Source: Iphione sp. A-MEVVRFRX5 (Eukaryota). From it: a stretch of DNA of 64,000 nt. A program made the translations under genes and the position numbers. Positions 27,227 through 41,352 of the stretch are shown in pieces (the first letter of the stretch is position 1; each line of letters opens with the position of its first letter). The stretch lies in NCBI GenBank assembly GCA_976226885.1, contig OZ320314.1:104036001-104100000 (forward strand), given 5' to 3'. Under the pieces are notes generated by a model. The model did not search any database, was not told where the DNA came from, and saw only the letters and a list, made by a program, of their open reading frames with translations.

Positions 27227-27375
27227 GGGAGGGACAGAGAGTGAGAGAGAGGAAGAGAGAGTGGGAGAGAGAGAGGAAGGGAGGGACAGAGAGCGAGAGA
27301 GAGGAAGAGAGTGGGAGAGAGAGAGGGAGAAGGAGAGAGGGATAGAGAGGAAGAGAAAAGGAGAGGCAGAGACAG
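27195..27375. repeat. (GA)14 microsatellite followed by a degenerate purine-rich tract
   Basis: Perfect GA units 27195-27222, then GAGAGG/GGAAGAGAGA variants. Confidence 0.95.
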
Positions 27376-27789
27376 AAAAGCGAGCTCTACGGATGGATGT
27401 GCAGATGGATATGGTATAAAAGAAAGAAAGCGAGTTGTCCTTATCACTAAAGAGATATTTTCATTAAAAGATCATTACAGAGACAAAGGTCCTTAGAATA
27501 ATCTTCAGAATAGAAAATGCGCATACATATTCATCGCAAAGAATATCCAGAAAAGGATATGTACCATCAACCAATGGCTACCTCAATCTAGTTTGACAAG
27601 CTTTAAAGCAATATAACGCTGTCAAAACGTATTAGACCTTCGCCACCACCCACCGTTATATGTCTTTGAAGGAACAGCGTGGGCTGTAGGCACATTTTCC
27701 ACAGCCTTACTACAAGGAAGTGGGGTAGAATGTTGGAGCGTGGACGGGGGCCTCTAAATGAGAACCCCTCGAAGGATGTCGCCTCGCGG

Positions 27790-28230
27790 ACCTAGTGTTG
27801 ACCGAGAAGCCCAGGGACAATTTGAGGCAGGAAGGCGAACTGATCTGTATTTATTGTGCTGCGAGCGCGAGAGGTATTTGCTTGGCAAATGCAGTTCGCC
27901 ACGGCAGTTCTGTGGATGCTCGCCACGCAGGCAGAGAGGGCTGACTTGGTCACAGGCAATCACGCGCACTCATGAAATGACATCAGCAAATGAAGAAAAG
28001 CACCAGTCAGCAGCCGAGTTCAAAACGACTCGCACAATATTTGAGAAGGATTTGAATGGCGCTTGCACTGGTAGTCACACCGGGCTAAAGTACGCAGCAA
28101 GGCGAATTGGGCGAATTGCTTCAACATCTGGCCTTTCTCCTCTGCTGTGGAGCCTTTTTTTACTGCTGATGATAACGTAGCTGGAGCATTGAACAACGTA
28201 GCCTGTGTGGACGTCTGAAAGGCAGCTTTC
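27790..28230 (-). mobile_element. Probable decayed LINE RT fragment
   Basis: ATLFNA, PDVEAIRPIRL, SQILCESFxTRLL and TDQFAFLP in RT order across frames. Confidence 0.4.
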
Positions 28231-29862
28231 AGAAAGCGTTAATTTTCCCTTTTGTGAACGGCCAATTTGGAAGTGAATACGGTGCCCAGCATTCAAGGCG
28301 CCATTCTTCATATCAAATTGATCGATTACACGGCGATATCGATAATATTAAAAAAACGAAATACATGAAATGACACTAAAATCCTACCATATAACATCAG
28401 TATCAGATTTTGTACGCGTTCTGTACATGTACTTTGATTTATTCACCAGTAAAAATTGACACGTGCAGCCTATAAGATTCCAAAAACTTACAACCTTTGT
28501 TGTACAACTTCTTGTTGGGAAGTAAACAAACTATATAAATTCCATTAAGCTTGTGGAAATAATTTCTGGCTCTGTATTGCAATGTTGTATAGGGGTCGAA
28601 TGAAATATTTGACGAAGGGGAAGGTGACGTCGACCATGAAAGAGAATGAGAGAGGGACAAAATGATAGACAGAGAGAAGTGATAATGAAAACGTAGAGAC
28701 AGCTTAACATAGCAAAGAAAGATAAACAGATACAAGAAGTTTACAATTATAAATACATGTGCAGTTTACATGCCAAGAAACGTATATGTACATGTATTGG
28801 CGTATCTGTATCGGTGTATATACATCATAGAAAGGTATATATTTATACCTATTCTTCTCTATTAATTCAAGGAGTATGTGAATAAACGTATTATCATTTC
28901 TATACCTATGCGCGTATGTATGTACATATTTTCAAAAGGATATATTCTTTACAAGGACTGGCCACATCCTAATCAATATTTATAGGACTACAATAATCGA
29001 TTACACCACAAGAAACGTATAATTTGAAAATGCAAATGAAAACCTGAAATGCATCCTGCAATTTGGACATAACAGGTTAAACTGAATATTTACCATTAGA
29101 AGTTCTTATATAGTTAGGATTTATTATTTAGGGAGTGCTTTTGATGCAGGAATGAAAATAAATAGGGTCATATGAAGTATACAAAAGTTCAGTCACATGC
29201 GATATTATCAAGTGAAGTTTTAATGACTCATGTCATGTTTCAAAAGAAAATGGGCAGATAAAGTCACGGAGAAAGGTAATATCATTGAATAGAGAAGATG
29301 GTTGCTATGTGAACGAGCTCAACTAGTGACATTTTCGCATGCAATCCAGTAATCATAGTGCGGGTATTTTGTTTATTTGTGGAGATTAACGCCATGCCTG
29401 ATTCTCCACCCCTATGATGAGGTGGAGAATGTTCATTAACCATGGGTTTAGTATAGGATAAAAGGTGTTTATAGCTTAAAGATGAATGATTTTACAGTCA
29501 GCCCCCACTTCCCAAACAAGGGTCTATTTCATATAAAATTATCTGGATATGGAGATCGTTTGGCTATGGAAAATTCTTTGTTTATTGGCTCAGTGCTAAA
29601 TCTTTGTTATTTCAATGATTATTGGCTTTGATACTCTCTCATCCATTCTCTCTGATGTCTAGATGCTTAATATTGTGTATTATTCTGTTGTCATGTTGGA
29701 AACCATAAACCATCTGATGTCCTGACTCCTGATGCCCTGGCCCAGTGCTAATCCTTCATTTCAATGATTATCAGGCAGGAGGTCTGCTACTGTTTGTAAT
29801 CATAGTGTTAATTAAGCTTGGATCAGTAAAATATGGAGCGTTCATGATTGGAAACGGAAACG

Positions 29863-29865
<3 letters not shown>

Positions 29866-29894
<29 letters not shown>
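29866..29894. repeat. (AG)14 microsatellite
   Basis: Read directly. Confidence 0.95.
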
Positions 29895-29896
<2 letters not shown>

Positions 29897-32288
29897 ATCA
29901 AATGATAATAAAATAGGTTGGTTATGCCTCTGAATATTTAGATGTGAAGATCATTCAGGTATGGAGTGTTTGGAAAGCGAGGGCCAACTGGATGACCCTG
30001 ATGACGGTGTTCCCTTAAATCACGTTCCAAAGATGCTACTTTTGCGGTATGATGAACTGTTTTATGCACTTAAGGTATTATTCATTATTTCTAAGTACAC
30101 ATGTGTCTGCGATACGGGAAACGCAAACACGTGTACAGTGTTTCTTATACATTTTGAGCATCTTTAGATCATCACGCTAAATTGCCCATCTGTTACTCCT
30201 TTGAGAATGTCGTACCACGTCTTGTATATCGTTTTTACAAGGCAGAGTTAAACAATAACGAGAGAGAAACCTAAAACGAAAGGCGTGAAAGGTATTTTTA
30301 CGTTGTACCTTTAAACTGATGCAGAGAAAGCCTGTTTTTTTCTCACAAGTAGCGTTGAAAAGAAATTGTTAATAAAAAGAAAATATGCGACCTTTCCGAA
30401 ACTTCTTTTTGTATCAGGCTCCTCAATTACGTGCAGAGAAACATTAGCTCTTTTGTTCGTCTTGCACACATGTAATTCCCAATTGGTCTGCGGTTGGGGA
30501 GGCCAAACCCAGATGGGATATTCTAGCTTTAGGGAAAAAAAACATATGCTAAGCTTTCTAGCTTTGCAGACGAAGCAGAGAAAATTAGGTCTATTTCAGT
30601 GCCAGGACACCATACGATGTATATGTACATGTATTCGCCGGGAGACCAATTCATCCACCTCAGTCCCTCATTACCATGCTGAAGGGGTTAAACTGGTAAT
30701 GGTTACGTTGATCTGTGTAATATAGTAGCGAACCGTTTGCACGCGGCGTCTCTTTAGCGTCGATCTTCAGCTGACCTTCCTAAGGGCGACCATCAACCAC
30801 ATCCAGCCCGGGACCCACATTAGCCTCCCTGACGTCTCCAATTGACCTTCCGCCAGCCAAATCCAGACCACGTGTCAGTGACGAAACTTGGGCTCGGTAC
30901 AATAAATATGAAAGCTCTGGTCACGTGGCACGTGGCCAGTGGTGACTGGCAGATGGTCGGCTGCAGGCTAGGTGAGCGTACGGCTCATCAACTATTGATG
31001 CTCTGGCGGCGCGGGCGCACTCCCCTTTGATGTGGTCATCATTATCACTCAGGATGCTGCGTTGGCCGCATGTATGTGCGCAGTCTATCCTACTGGCGAA
31101 GTCGACTAGAACACATTGCGAACGAATAAACAGCATCTGCCGTGTCTTAACATCATCTACAAAAGAGTAGTCTGTGTCACACGTTCTGTATCAGACGTTT
31201 GAAGACGGACACAGCATGCTCCGCGGAATTCACTCGTTGATGCCTGATGATAAATCATTAACCAAAAGATCTAACTTTGAAAAATAAGGATGGAATGCCT
31301 ATTAAAACTTGACGATGATAAAAGAGCGCGTTTCGTGAAAGTATAAGAAATAGGGTACATATGTAAAAGCAAAATATCCTTGTGTGGGGTTCATGTGTGT
31401 GTATAGTGAATGCACACATCAGTTCCTTTAATATCTCTTGGTCAATACAAGTACGGCATGCAATGGATGTATATATGTGTATGGTGCACACTTCTAGTGT
31501 TATACGTCAAATGGTAGAACAACAAGAGGTCGGATCACTTGTGAAGTATATATCCATCAATACATTACACACAAAATCTATATGGAGAACAACTCTCGTT
31601 CATACTCCAGCAAAAGTGTGATTAACCAACATTATCAGAGATGTGGTATCTTCATTTTACACAGTTAGAGGCCCAGGAGCAACTTCCAGCTCTATTTCTC
31701 TGCCTGCCTAAGGTGGATGGGGCAGAAGGTGGATTGCTAAATGTACGCAGGGCCTCCCTCCTCTCAGGAATCCTAACCTGACTCAAATAAACTGCCCTGT
31801 GAGCTGCCCTGTACTTTTGAATCTAAGAAATACACACAGGCTTGGTAAAAACATGTACTACAATAAGTACGTTTGCGGCTTTAAAAAAGAACTTAAAAAG
31901 AAATCGTCATGAATACCATTTATCAATGGTGTCGAAAGCTGCAGATATCATTTCATGGCATCCCGGCTGATTCGCCATCCTCCTTAAAGGTACGATATGA
32001 AGACGCATTTCAGGGCTTTCCAGAACGAAGAAGAACCTATATACTTTTCATAGTGTAAAGCTAAACTAAAGCAGAGAAAAGATAGACGCGATACTGTTTT
32101 GGCCAGAACAGGGCCCGTCCTCTCCGTGTTGTACACCTTTTTGTGGTACACTTGTGATTCTTCCATTTGTAACTGTCCAACTGGACATACGTTTCTGTTA
32201 GGCCAGCAGCTTCAGGCCGCCTGCCAGAATCAATGCCTGTATATTTGTTCATCGTAGTGTTTGCAAGTGTGCATGTGTGTTGCATATA

Positions 32289-32446
32289 CATGCCCGTAGC
32301 TAAGGGAGTATCGGGGGTATCGTCTGATATCCCCATAGCAATTAATATCTATTGGCCTTTATAAGGATAGAAAAAATAGTTCCACCCCTGTGGTATAGGG
32401 GGTATCATCCGATACCCCCCCAGAAAACTTCCTGGCTACGGGCCTG
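32289..32446. mobile_element. MITE-like element (158 bp) with CA(G/T)GCCCGTAGC ends
   Basis: Left CATGCCCGTAGC, right end GCTACGGGCCTG (11/12 inverted match). CATATA directly flanks both ends (32283-32288, 32447-32452). Two internal GGGGGTATC-N4-GATAYCCCC hairpins. Confidence 0.7.
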
Positions 32447-34052
32447 CATATATTGTGTATGCATATATAATACATTATGTGTGTACGTGTCCGGCCATCA
32501 ACATGAAGACGAGGGACGAAGCAGACTAGCGAGATTTGTGAGCATGGCTATGGCTTCTTTGGCCAATCTTAATTTCTCTCCCTAACTGTTTCTCTGTTCC
32601 TCTCGTGAATGTGTTTCTCCAGAATGTATTGACTATTTGCTATTACAGTGTCAAGCAAGAACTTATACCCTCTTGTTCTTTCCTGTCCTGGAGAAATTCC
32701 TACTTTTGGCAGCCTAAATAGGACTGGATTATTTATTCTTTACAAATATTCAACTATATGCACTATATGTAGGATGAATTCAATACATGCTAGTACGGAT
32801 TTCTCTAATTTTATTTCTCCTTCACTATGTCACTGTTCCAGCCACAGCCGCGGTCCTCTATTCCTTTTAGATCGAGCATTTCATATACATGTACCTGCTT
32901 TTCTCTTTAAAACTCTCTTTCCTCTTCGCCTCCGAACGACAATATTCTCTAGATCGACTTCACTGTCCATCCCCCCCTGTAAAGTGTCCGTTGCTCTCCT
33001 TTTATCCCACTCTATCCGTGTACATGCTTTTGTCCTCGCTCCCAGACGGCCTGATTTCATTTGAACCACATAGTCTCCCGTTGCGCTACTCAATAGGACA
33101 CCGTCATCCCTCTATATCGCTCTTTTTTTACTGACCGTGCCTTTGTTCCTGTTAACTTTCTTCTATCTCCATCTCCAGGGACAGAGGCTCAGCTGCATAG
33201 GAATGCTCGTCGGGCGGTGGCTATGGCCCAAGTAAGTTGTCAGCGATGCCCCATCCCAACCGTAATGGTGAATTACTGTGGACGAATGGCGGACCGAATG
33301 TCACTGCACGGACGACAAACCGGCCGCCAATGGCACACTTCACACGCACGCTTTCAATGGGTGTCGGACACCCCCACCCACCCGGCGGCACAGGGTTAAA
33401 CTAGAGGCGGGGGGCATTTAAAGCGCCCCAACGCTCATCTTGTCGAGGTGAAATGCATGGACTTGATGAGCAGAGTACGTATTTCAGGGAAGAAGGGGTA
33501 CTTTGGTCACTGAAGATGCGCATGTTTTACTTGTTGTGTTACCTCCGTTTGAGAACATATGGGATACACAAAACGGCTATGACGAAGGCAACTGTTCTTC
33601 GTGGGAAATCGGTTTATGACTTAATTTTAAGGAGCAGGTTCCTTGTAAGATGGACCACCGTGAAGTGCTCCTATTACTCCATGCATGAAGAATCAATATA
33701 TCTCTCTTTCAATATAGGGTTCTGTCTGCGTGATGTATGTTGCAATGAATATCTCACGTTTAGCAGCATTTATCTCATATTTCCGACCCCATTTCCGAAA
33801 CTCTAGGAACTGGATGTACTTGATCTGCCTCTCAATTACACTAGACAAGAGCAGCTTTCACATCAGGCGCTTGTAGGGAGGAGGTAGTTGCTTACACTTT
33901 TGTCCTGTTTATTGCCTGTAAATGCCCATCCGTCAAGGACACCGAGTAACTTGGAGGACTGTCCAATCAGGTCGGTCAGGACAGGCTTTAGGAATGTAAC
34001 AGGCACTGTCTGGGGCAGAGGGTGGAGGCATCAATGCCCCATCCCACTTGCA

Positions 34053-34087
34053 TCCTCCTCCTCCTCCTCCTCCTCCTCCTCCTCCTC
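34053..34087. repeat. (TCC)n microsatellite, ~11.7 units
   Basis: Read directly. Confidence 0.95.
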
Positions 34088-37000
34088 ATTGGGCTGACCT
34101 CAACCAGTGCTTTAGCTTTCGCGTGTTTATCTCCCAACGAGGTGTCGAAACAGGACTGAAGCTTTCAGAAGAATGTGAATGAAATCGCTTAATTATTTAT
34201 CTCCCGACACGTTCAATTAGCCCAGATAAGGAACTTTGGCAAACAACTGTGTATGTACGAGCGAGAGTAAAAACTCCTAAAGTAGCATTGGAAGTTTCCC
34301 ATTTTTTCCTGGTGAATTCGTCCATAAAGAATTGCTTATAGACATCCAACTTTCTGAGGAAATCAAATGAAAAAGCCCATGCACGTCAATTATTCATAAG
34401 GTTAATAAATACTAATGGCATTTATCTGTAATAGATGATATGAGTAATTGATGTTCTGATTTCTACTATTAAATGTCTATTTCCATGTTTTGATTAATTT
34501 CTGACTACGAATTGCTCGTAATTCTTTGAAAATGACCATTAGAATGATTTATGCTAGGTGATACTTGTTATTGTCATTTAACACTGTTCTGTTTTTTTTC
34601 TTTGATGAAACTGTTTTTGATGAATGGATTTCTCTGAAATATTCAAGGGACAATTGAAGGCTTGTTTCCTATCGTCAGTGACGAAACAACTGGTCGGTAT
34701 TACCAAAACATTAACTGAACGGGGATATATTTAAGTTCCCAGGTCTTTCCAAACCTTGAAATAACGGCAGCCTTATTGTTTACATGTACAATAAAACAGA
34801 AATCTAAACCTCCATCAATACTGCTAAAAACATGTGGTATGATTCAATGAAATATAGTCGGCCTGCCCTTTCGGAACACTCCATTCCCCGATGTTCTTCA
34901 TATCCGAATGCTCTGAGGCGCAACCAACCAATTCTATTATCATTTAGTACTCAGTTTCTGTATGTTTCCTTTTCCGAATGGGAAAGTTTGATACTATAAT
35001 CTATGTAGCTAATTAAGTACTGCTACTCCAAACAGGAGGAGACATCCTGTATGTCTGACAGTGCATCAAGCCCAATAATCATTGAAATAACAAAGGTTAG
35101 CATTAGCATTAGCATAGGGCCTCAGGACATCAGAGAATGCATACTTTACTATTATGCAAGTTTTCTGTGCCAGGAGGTGCAAGTGGGCGTGCTTCCACAC
35201 CCAAACAATCTCTACATTTGGATGACTTTAGGTGAAATGGACCACCATTCAGTAAGCACAGGCTGGCTGTATATCCTGTTTCTGTGAAAATACCAGAGTA
35301 AAGAAACCCCATATTTCAGCGCCAGCTACATCCTACGAAGATGTTTTTGACTGGTACTGGCTGTTATTGAGGAGTATAGCAAAGAGCTGTTTGTGGCGGG
35401 ATTTGTCAGGTTTATGAGTTTCTAGCTCAGCAGTTTTTGCCGTTACGGTAAAGGACATGGCGTGGCTTGAGAGGGTTCCCTGTGTAGTGTGGATGCTTGT
35501 GTGTGTTTGTGCTTGCATGTGTGAGGGTGGCTCGTGGCTGATTTGTAGTTGGCGCGAAGCGGGCCACCGAACATTCCGTCTTGAGTCTGTTTAATACAAG
35601 GCACGCTTACCTCACCGGCCTGGTTAGGTTGACTACGCGAGAGGGGGAGTGGGACTTTCACTGGGGTCCCTTGACACGATGCCCCAGCCCAGTACGCTGT
35701 CCATTCGTCACATCTACCCCCAAAGGCACCATCGTGCGTCATTTTAGTGGGAGTTTGAGTTCACCTGTTTACACAGCACGTAGAAGCATATACTTGTAGC
35801 ACTCAGTCGCTACATCCTATCGTCCGTTTGGGTGCCGCTGAAACCAACCTGGACTTGTTGCTAGGGAATACTGCCATTCTCGATAGGGAATAGCCTACTT
35901 CTGCATTCCGGCTCCATATACATGTACATGGATTTTCACTGTTTTCTCTGCTCTGCTTTGGCTGTACATGTGTATATGATGTCAATGCTTTTATTTCATC
36001 TGCTGGGGATTTGAAAGTTTGTTGGCTATGAGAGGTGTCCTCCCCTCAAATAGCCTACATGCATGTTGCACTCTAATTAACCGTTCGCCTTTTTACGTCA
36101 TTTTGCGATAGAATGACGTTTACATTCGCGGTAATTTTTACGTCATTTACATCGAGTGTTCACCGGAAAACTTCACATGGGGATAGTATCTTCCACAATG
36201 GTCCTAGAGAGCCATACTATGGCTCATTTTCTTGCTTAGAGTGTTAGCTTCCATTTGGTGTAAGTTGTTTTAAAATCAGAGAACTAGAAGTTAGTGTTTT
36301 TTGCCTGAGAAGACACCCCCAGTCTGCCTCTTTTACAAGCAGCATGTGAGTACTGTCGTAGTCTTCTCTGTAGCTGTTGTAGGCTTTCTACCAGTTGCAT
36401 CGATTGTTTTAGTTCAGTTTCCATCGTAATGACATAAAAAGGTGATGGGTCAATTAGATGATTCATTTTGCATTTATAAATACATATATATTTGCAAGTG
36501 CTAACTTATGGCAAAAAGTATGGTTGTTGTTAGGAGTTCCAGTTTGCATTTAAATATAGTTCAATTATTTAATGTGGGGGAATCCTCCCACACCCCCACT
36601 TATCTTCTTTTTTTCTGAATTTGCATAACCTCTAGCAGAAATTGCGGTGTTTATGAATTAAAATGCATTTTTAGCGTACATACAGTAAGCTTGACTTTAT
36701 TTTGATAAAGTAAGGCATCTTCAGCATATCCCCCAGTCAAAAAATTATCTTTTCTAGATCAATTAAAATGGGAAAAGACCCCCCAACACCCGACCCTCTT
36801 GATATAATCAGCAAATCACTCAGTTCAAAGGGGGTTGGGGGGTGGCAAACTTGGCTTCTTCTCATGGGACCCAACCCTCTAAACCGCTTCACTGCTTGGT
36901 ACCAAATGATAATGCCTACACTAGCAAGGGAATGTGAATAGTTATGTTTTTTTCAGAGATTAAAATTGATAGTCTTGCTGTCTCCGCTCCGTACTCCCGT

Positions 37001-38033
37001 GACCATTACCTCCATGGATGCAGCCTTAATTTACCTGGTTAGCATGGCTTGTCTCATCCGTTTTTGTAAATATATTGTAGAAGACTAATTGCATTGGCAT
37101 TTAATAAACGTATACAAAATGTCTTAACCTTACATATTACCTAGTTTGAGATGACTTTCCTGTATCGGCGCTCGGCCAGTTGTTTTGATTTTCCTGTGGC
37201 AAGGCAGGATCCTGCTTCTGAAACCACCAGGGGCAGCCGCCAAAATGTTTCTGGCCACAATCTCCTCATCACCCTATGGTTGGTGGTGCTGGGGCTCTAA
37301 CAGCATTCACTGCAATGTCGACCGACTCCTCCGTAAGCCATGCTTCTTATTCAAGTGAATTAGTTCGACTTGTGCCAGCTACAGCTTCGTCACGACGTCC
37401 TTTTAACATGCGAAGCGTTCTTCTCACACAGCTGCGGCCTCTGTGAGGTCAAACGTTGGTGCAATACGTTCGATCATTAGGCAAGTACATAATACCACTT
37501 CCATCGTCACGTGACATCTTTCTGCTTGCCGTATGCACTAAGATACATTGTGCGCGGAGAACGTACATACGAACATACATGTACATACATATGCTCCCAC
37601 AGCCTCACGGGGCATCCTCGATCATAGCGCACCTATGCAATAACATCCTTTTTTTCCCTGGTGTTTTTTCTCTGGTCCAGCGATGTAAAAGTACACATTC
37701 GGCAGCATGCAAAAATGAACAAACAGTATACAGAATGTCCAACTAAAATGTATTTTTCAGTAACTCCTACTTCCTTCTCCATTGTCTTTGGCTACCCGAA
37801 AATACACATTTATCAATCCTCTCATATATATTGGGAATTTTTGTTTCAAAACACCGAGCAGAAGAACAACACAATGCATGCCAGACTTTCTTATACTCAA
37901 GTGCCCCTGTTTCAAACTAGACTTAAGGGCATAAATAGACATGCCAATTGGACAAACAAACATATATACTCATCTCAGTACAAGTCAGCACTCACATATG
38001 TACAAATACTGATACTGAGACTATACACGTACC

Positions 38034-38035
<2 letters not shown>

Positions 38036-38064
<29 letters not shown>
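38036..38064. repeat. (TATG)7 microsatellite
   Basis: Read directly. Confidence 0.95.
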
Positions 38065-38230
38065 GAAGTTAGTGGTGCAGCTTGAAAGTCACCCGCGTTC
38101 GCCTCATTTATTTCTCAATTTAGTTGCCGCTCTAGAATGTGCTGCCTACTTTGCCCAAGTCCAACACTATTGAGTGATGTAGGCTTGGCGTGCAAGGGCA
38201 GCACGATGGCAGTGGTGACACACGTTGTGG

Positions 38231-38425
38231 CTAGTAGTTGGCTAAGGTAATTGTACCTGTTTTTGCTTGTCGTGGCGGTTGTGTCTGGGACAGTGGTAAA
38301 TGGTGCATAACGCTAGAGGTGAATTTGGTGGTTAGTGATAAGGTAGTTTTGGGGGAGGGTGATGATGGCATGGAGGAGAGTGTTATAGGCCTGTGGTATT
38401 GGTGTTGACGGTTGGCGGTATTCAC
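38231..38425 (-). mobile_element. Possible LINE RT fragment
   Basis: QYHRPITLSSMPS resembles NYRPISLTS; little else conserved. Confidence 0.3.
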
Positions 38426-41122
38426 ACAGAAGAAATGTTCAGCTCAGGCCCACTGATTGAGTGGCTGTAGATATTGACGTGTTTAAATAATATGAGGAGA
38501 GTAGAATATTCGATAGTTACGAACAAAAGATAGTGGAGTGATTGAACACTTTAGTGATCAATACTCACCATAACGAGTTCGTCAAACATTATCCTGAAAT
38601 ACCTCCTTTATCAAAATAAGATCCATAAGCGTCGCTATAGGATCTGCGGAGGTGTATCTGAGCGAGCACGGGAAGTTGTCGGTAGATATGCCAAAGGAGG
38701 AAGTGCCAACTTATGTTAAGTAGTGATAAGAACCTCACTAAAACCCACTTTTCTATTTGCATCTTGTCTTTTAGCGTGAACTGACTTTGCACAAGGGCTG
38801 CAGCACACGCGGTATACTTGATTGTATATTAAATGCTTGATCTGTGTCATGTAAATTTAACAATGTATCAAGCTTTCTAGAATAACTAGGATCGAATGTC
38901 TATCAGATATCTGTCTCTTTAGACTTAGTTTGCAGTGTTTTATAGATGCTGTAATGATGCGTTGGTCGGATACACAAGTCGCTTGCTGCTTCCTATGGTG
39001 CGTGCGATGACTTTAACAATATTGTGCAGCCCATCCCGTCCAGGAACATAAAGAAGATATTTCTGAACATCCCTGAAAGGTATGCGTAGGAACATTTGAA
39101 AGCTGTCATGTACAGATATGAGCAACGGGTTCCAGAGAAGAGAACTTTTATCAGGCCGCTACTACAGTACACGTTATTTATCTTAGCTCTCGTCATAACT
39201 AATACGTTGTGGATAATGCTTGGTTGCTTTGTCGAAAGTATCCAGAATGTAGTCATGGTCACAGGATGATGAAATATTACTGCGAAAATCACTTTCTGTC
39301 CTATCAAAACCTTCCTTAATCTGGTTGTATCAACATGATAGTGTAAACGAAGTACAACGAGGAAGCTGCTTACATACGTTCTTCAGACTGTATCATTTTT
39401 CGCTGAGGTTTTCAAGAACAGAGACAGCACATCCAACAGACCAGGTATAGAAGGAGCTGACCAGCCCTCCATTAAGTGCTGAGACTTTTATACCACTTAA
39501 AACCTTCTTGTCAGTCAACCTCAATGCAATTGACCGATCGCCGAAAAATGTCATACTGATACAGAATGACGCAACGAAAATCAGTGAAACAGGCAGCAAT
39601 ACACTATGTTTTCCCAAAGTGCATGAATGGCGTAGGTCAAACTATGACATTGTTTTCATTCTGCTGGTTCATCTTGTGTGAAAATCAAGATAATACTCTG
39701 CCTTTCCAAGCCCAAACCATCCACTTCGACTTATCGGATTTTGATAATACTTAGGTCAAATAAAAAAGCTTTGAACCTAAGGACGAAGATAAGAAATAAC
39801 ATGTTTCTCTAGATTATTAGCATGTTTCTCTCATTAATAAGGATTCTATCAGGAGTTCATGGATCAATCTAAACAACATCATAATGACGTAAAAAGTTGA
39901 TCGATTCATTAGAGCATGAACTGTGACATATGCTCATATTACGTATCTTTCTTTGGTTTTTTGTTGTCCTTGGGCAACCGAAGGTGCCCTGTTCTCAGGG
40001 ACTGGCACCTTTAGATGCCAGTGAAATCTTACCTGGCTGATATTACAGTGGGTGCTTATAGAGAAGAGTATTCAGCTCGAGGTATTTGTTAATAGAGTAC
40101 GAGCTTAGGCTGTGTAGTGCAAGATCATGAACAGGCACTAGGTATAAATCCTTCGGGATGTTCTGCTGGTCCTCCCGCAGGACGTGGCAGTCAGCAAGGT
40201 AGTGGATAGCCATCAGATTCACTGAATAGAAGTATCTGGGACAGCTTTAGCCTTTCCTTATTTCTCTGTATATTCTTGTCCTTGTTTTCATCATTGCAAT
40301 TGGTGTTCGGAGTGAGGTTGGGACATCTATTTATGTTGTGTTGCCATCTGGGAGTAATGCGTTTCATCTGGCAGACATGTTCATCTCTTGAAGACACATC
40401 TTTTTCTGTAAAAATGCAAGCAAGGTGTCTGTTGGACTCAGGAATGTTGAGTTAATATGCTGATGAAACTTACCTATGCTTGGTGGAGGGGGGTTTGGTG
40501 CATAGATTCTAAGGTACTGTAGAAATTCTTTCCCGATGTTAGGATTGAAAGCCAGTATGTTAGAATCTGTACTATGGTATCTCGGTAAATCAAATGAAAA
40601 GACCAAATCAAAACAGAGAATTCTCTTAAGATCTTGGTTAAAATTAACTAAGTCAGTTCAGTGTTAAAAGCATGGGTTAGCACTGGCCTGGCTTGGCTTG
40701 TACTACCAGTCGTAAAATTGGTCAAATGAAGTACATGTACCTGAGCTACAATTTTAAAATGATCAAGAAAGGTTGACGGTTATCTTCAATTTTGAAACTG
40801 TAGCGCAAGAGTGATATTCAGAAATTGAGCTCAATTATGTGGGTTTGAGTTTGAAGCTGGTGGACAGGTAAGCCCGTCGGATCATTTCTAAAACAGTCCG
40901 TTGAGTGAATACACTCAAAATGTTTTATTAACCCCCAAGTCCTTGGCATTCCACCCAGAAGCTCCTAGTTTAGCATTATATCTACACTTCAAGTGAATAT
41001 GAGATGGTAACCTATACTGTCCTCTGGCAATGGAAGCTCAAATCATTGTTCTTAAATCGTACAATGTACATTTGGCTCCTTTGTAGCATTACACTAGAAC
41101 TGGCTCCTACTATATTAAATTG

Positions 41123-41352
41123 GGGTGCCAGTTGGAATGGTCAGTGTAACTTATGGCTAGGTTTATATGGCCGGGGTGGTCAGTCAATATGTCCTGTAGT
41201 GGTTAGTGTTAAGGTTAGGGTTAGGGTTAGGGTTAGGGTTAGGATTAGGGTTAGGGTTAGCCATATTTACAGAAAAATACGGCTATAAACGACCATGGGC
41301 AGCCATACAGATCGTCGGCCATTAAGACGGGTGGCCACTGCAACTGGCATTC
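41123..41352. mobile_element. 230-bp non-autonomous element with imperfect TIRs, 8-bp TSD and internal telomere-like (TTAGGG)n tract
   Basis: TTAAATTG duplicated at 41115-41122 and 41353-41360. Ends GGGTGCCAGTTGGAATGGTCA versus reverse complement GAATGCCAGTTGCAGTGGCCA (16/21). TTAGGG tract at 41215-41260. Confidence 0.7.
41215..41260 (+). repeat. Interstitial (TTAGGG)n tract: 7 full units (one TTAGGA variant) plus TTAG
   Basis: Read directly; preceded by degenerate units TTAGTG and TTAAGG at 41203-41214. Confidence 0.95.

Noticed and set aside
26983-27496. ORFs with (ER)n or (LS)n runs
   Set aside because: Translation of the (GA)n tract.
41215-41260. True telomere or chromosome-fusion scar
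   Set aside because: Only 46 bp, single orientation, internal to a TSD-flanked element.
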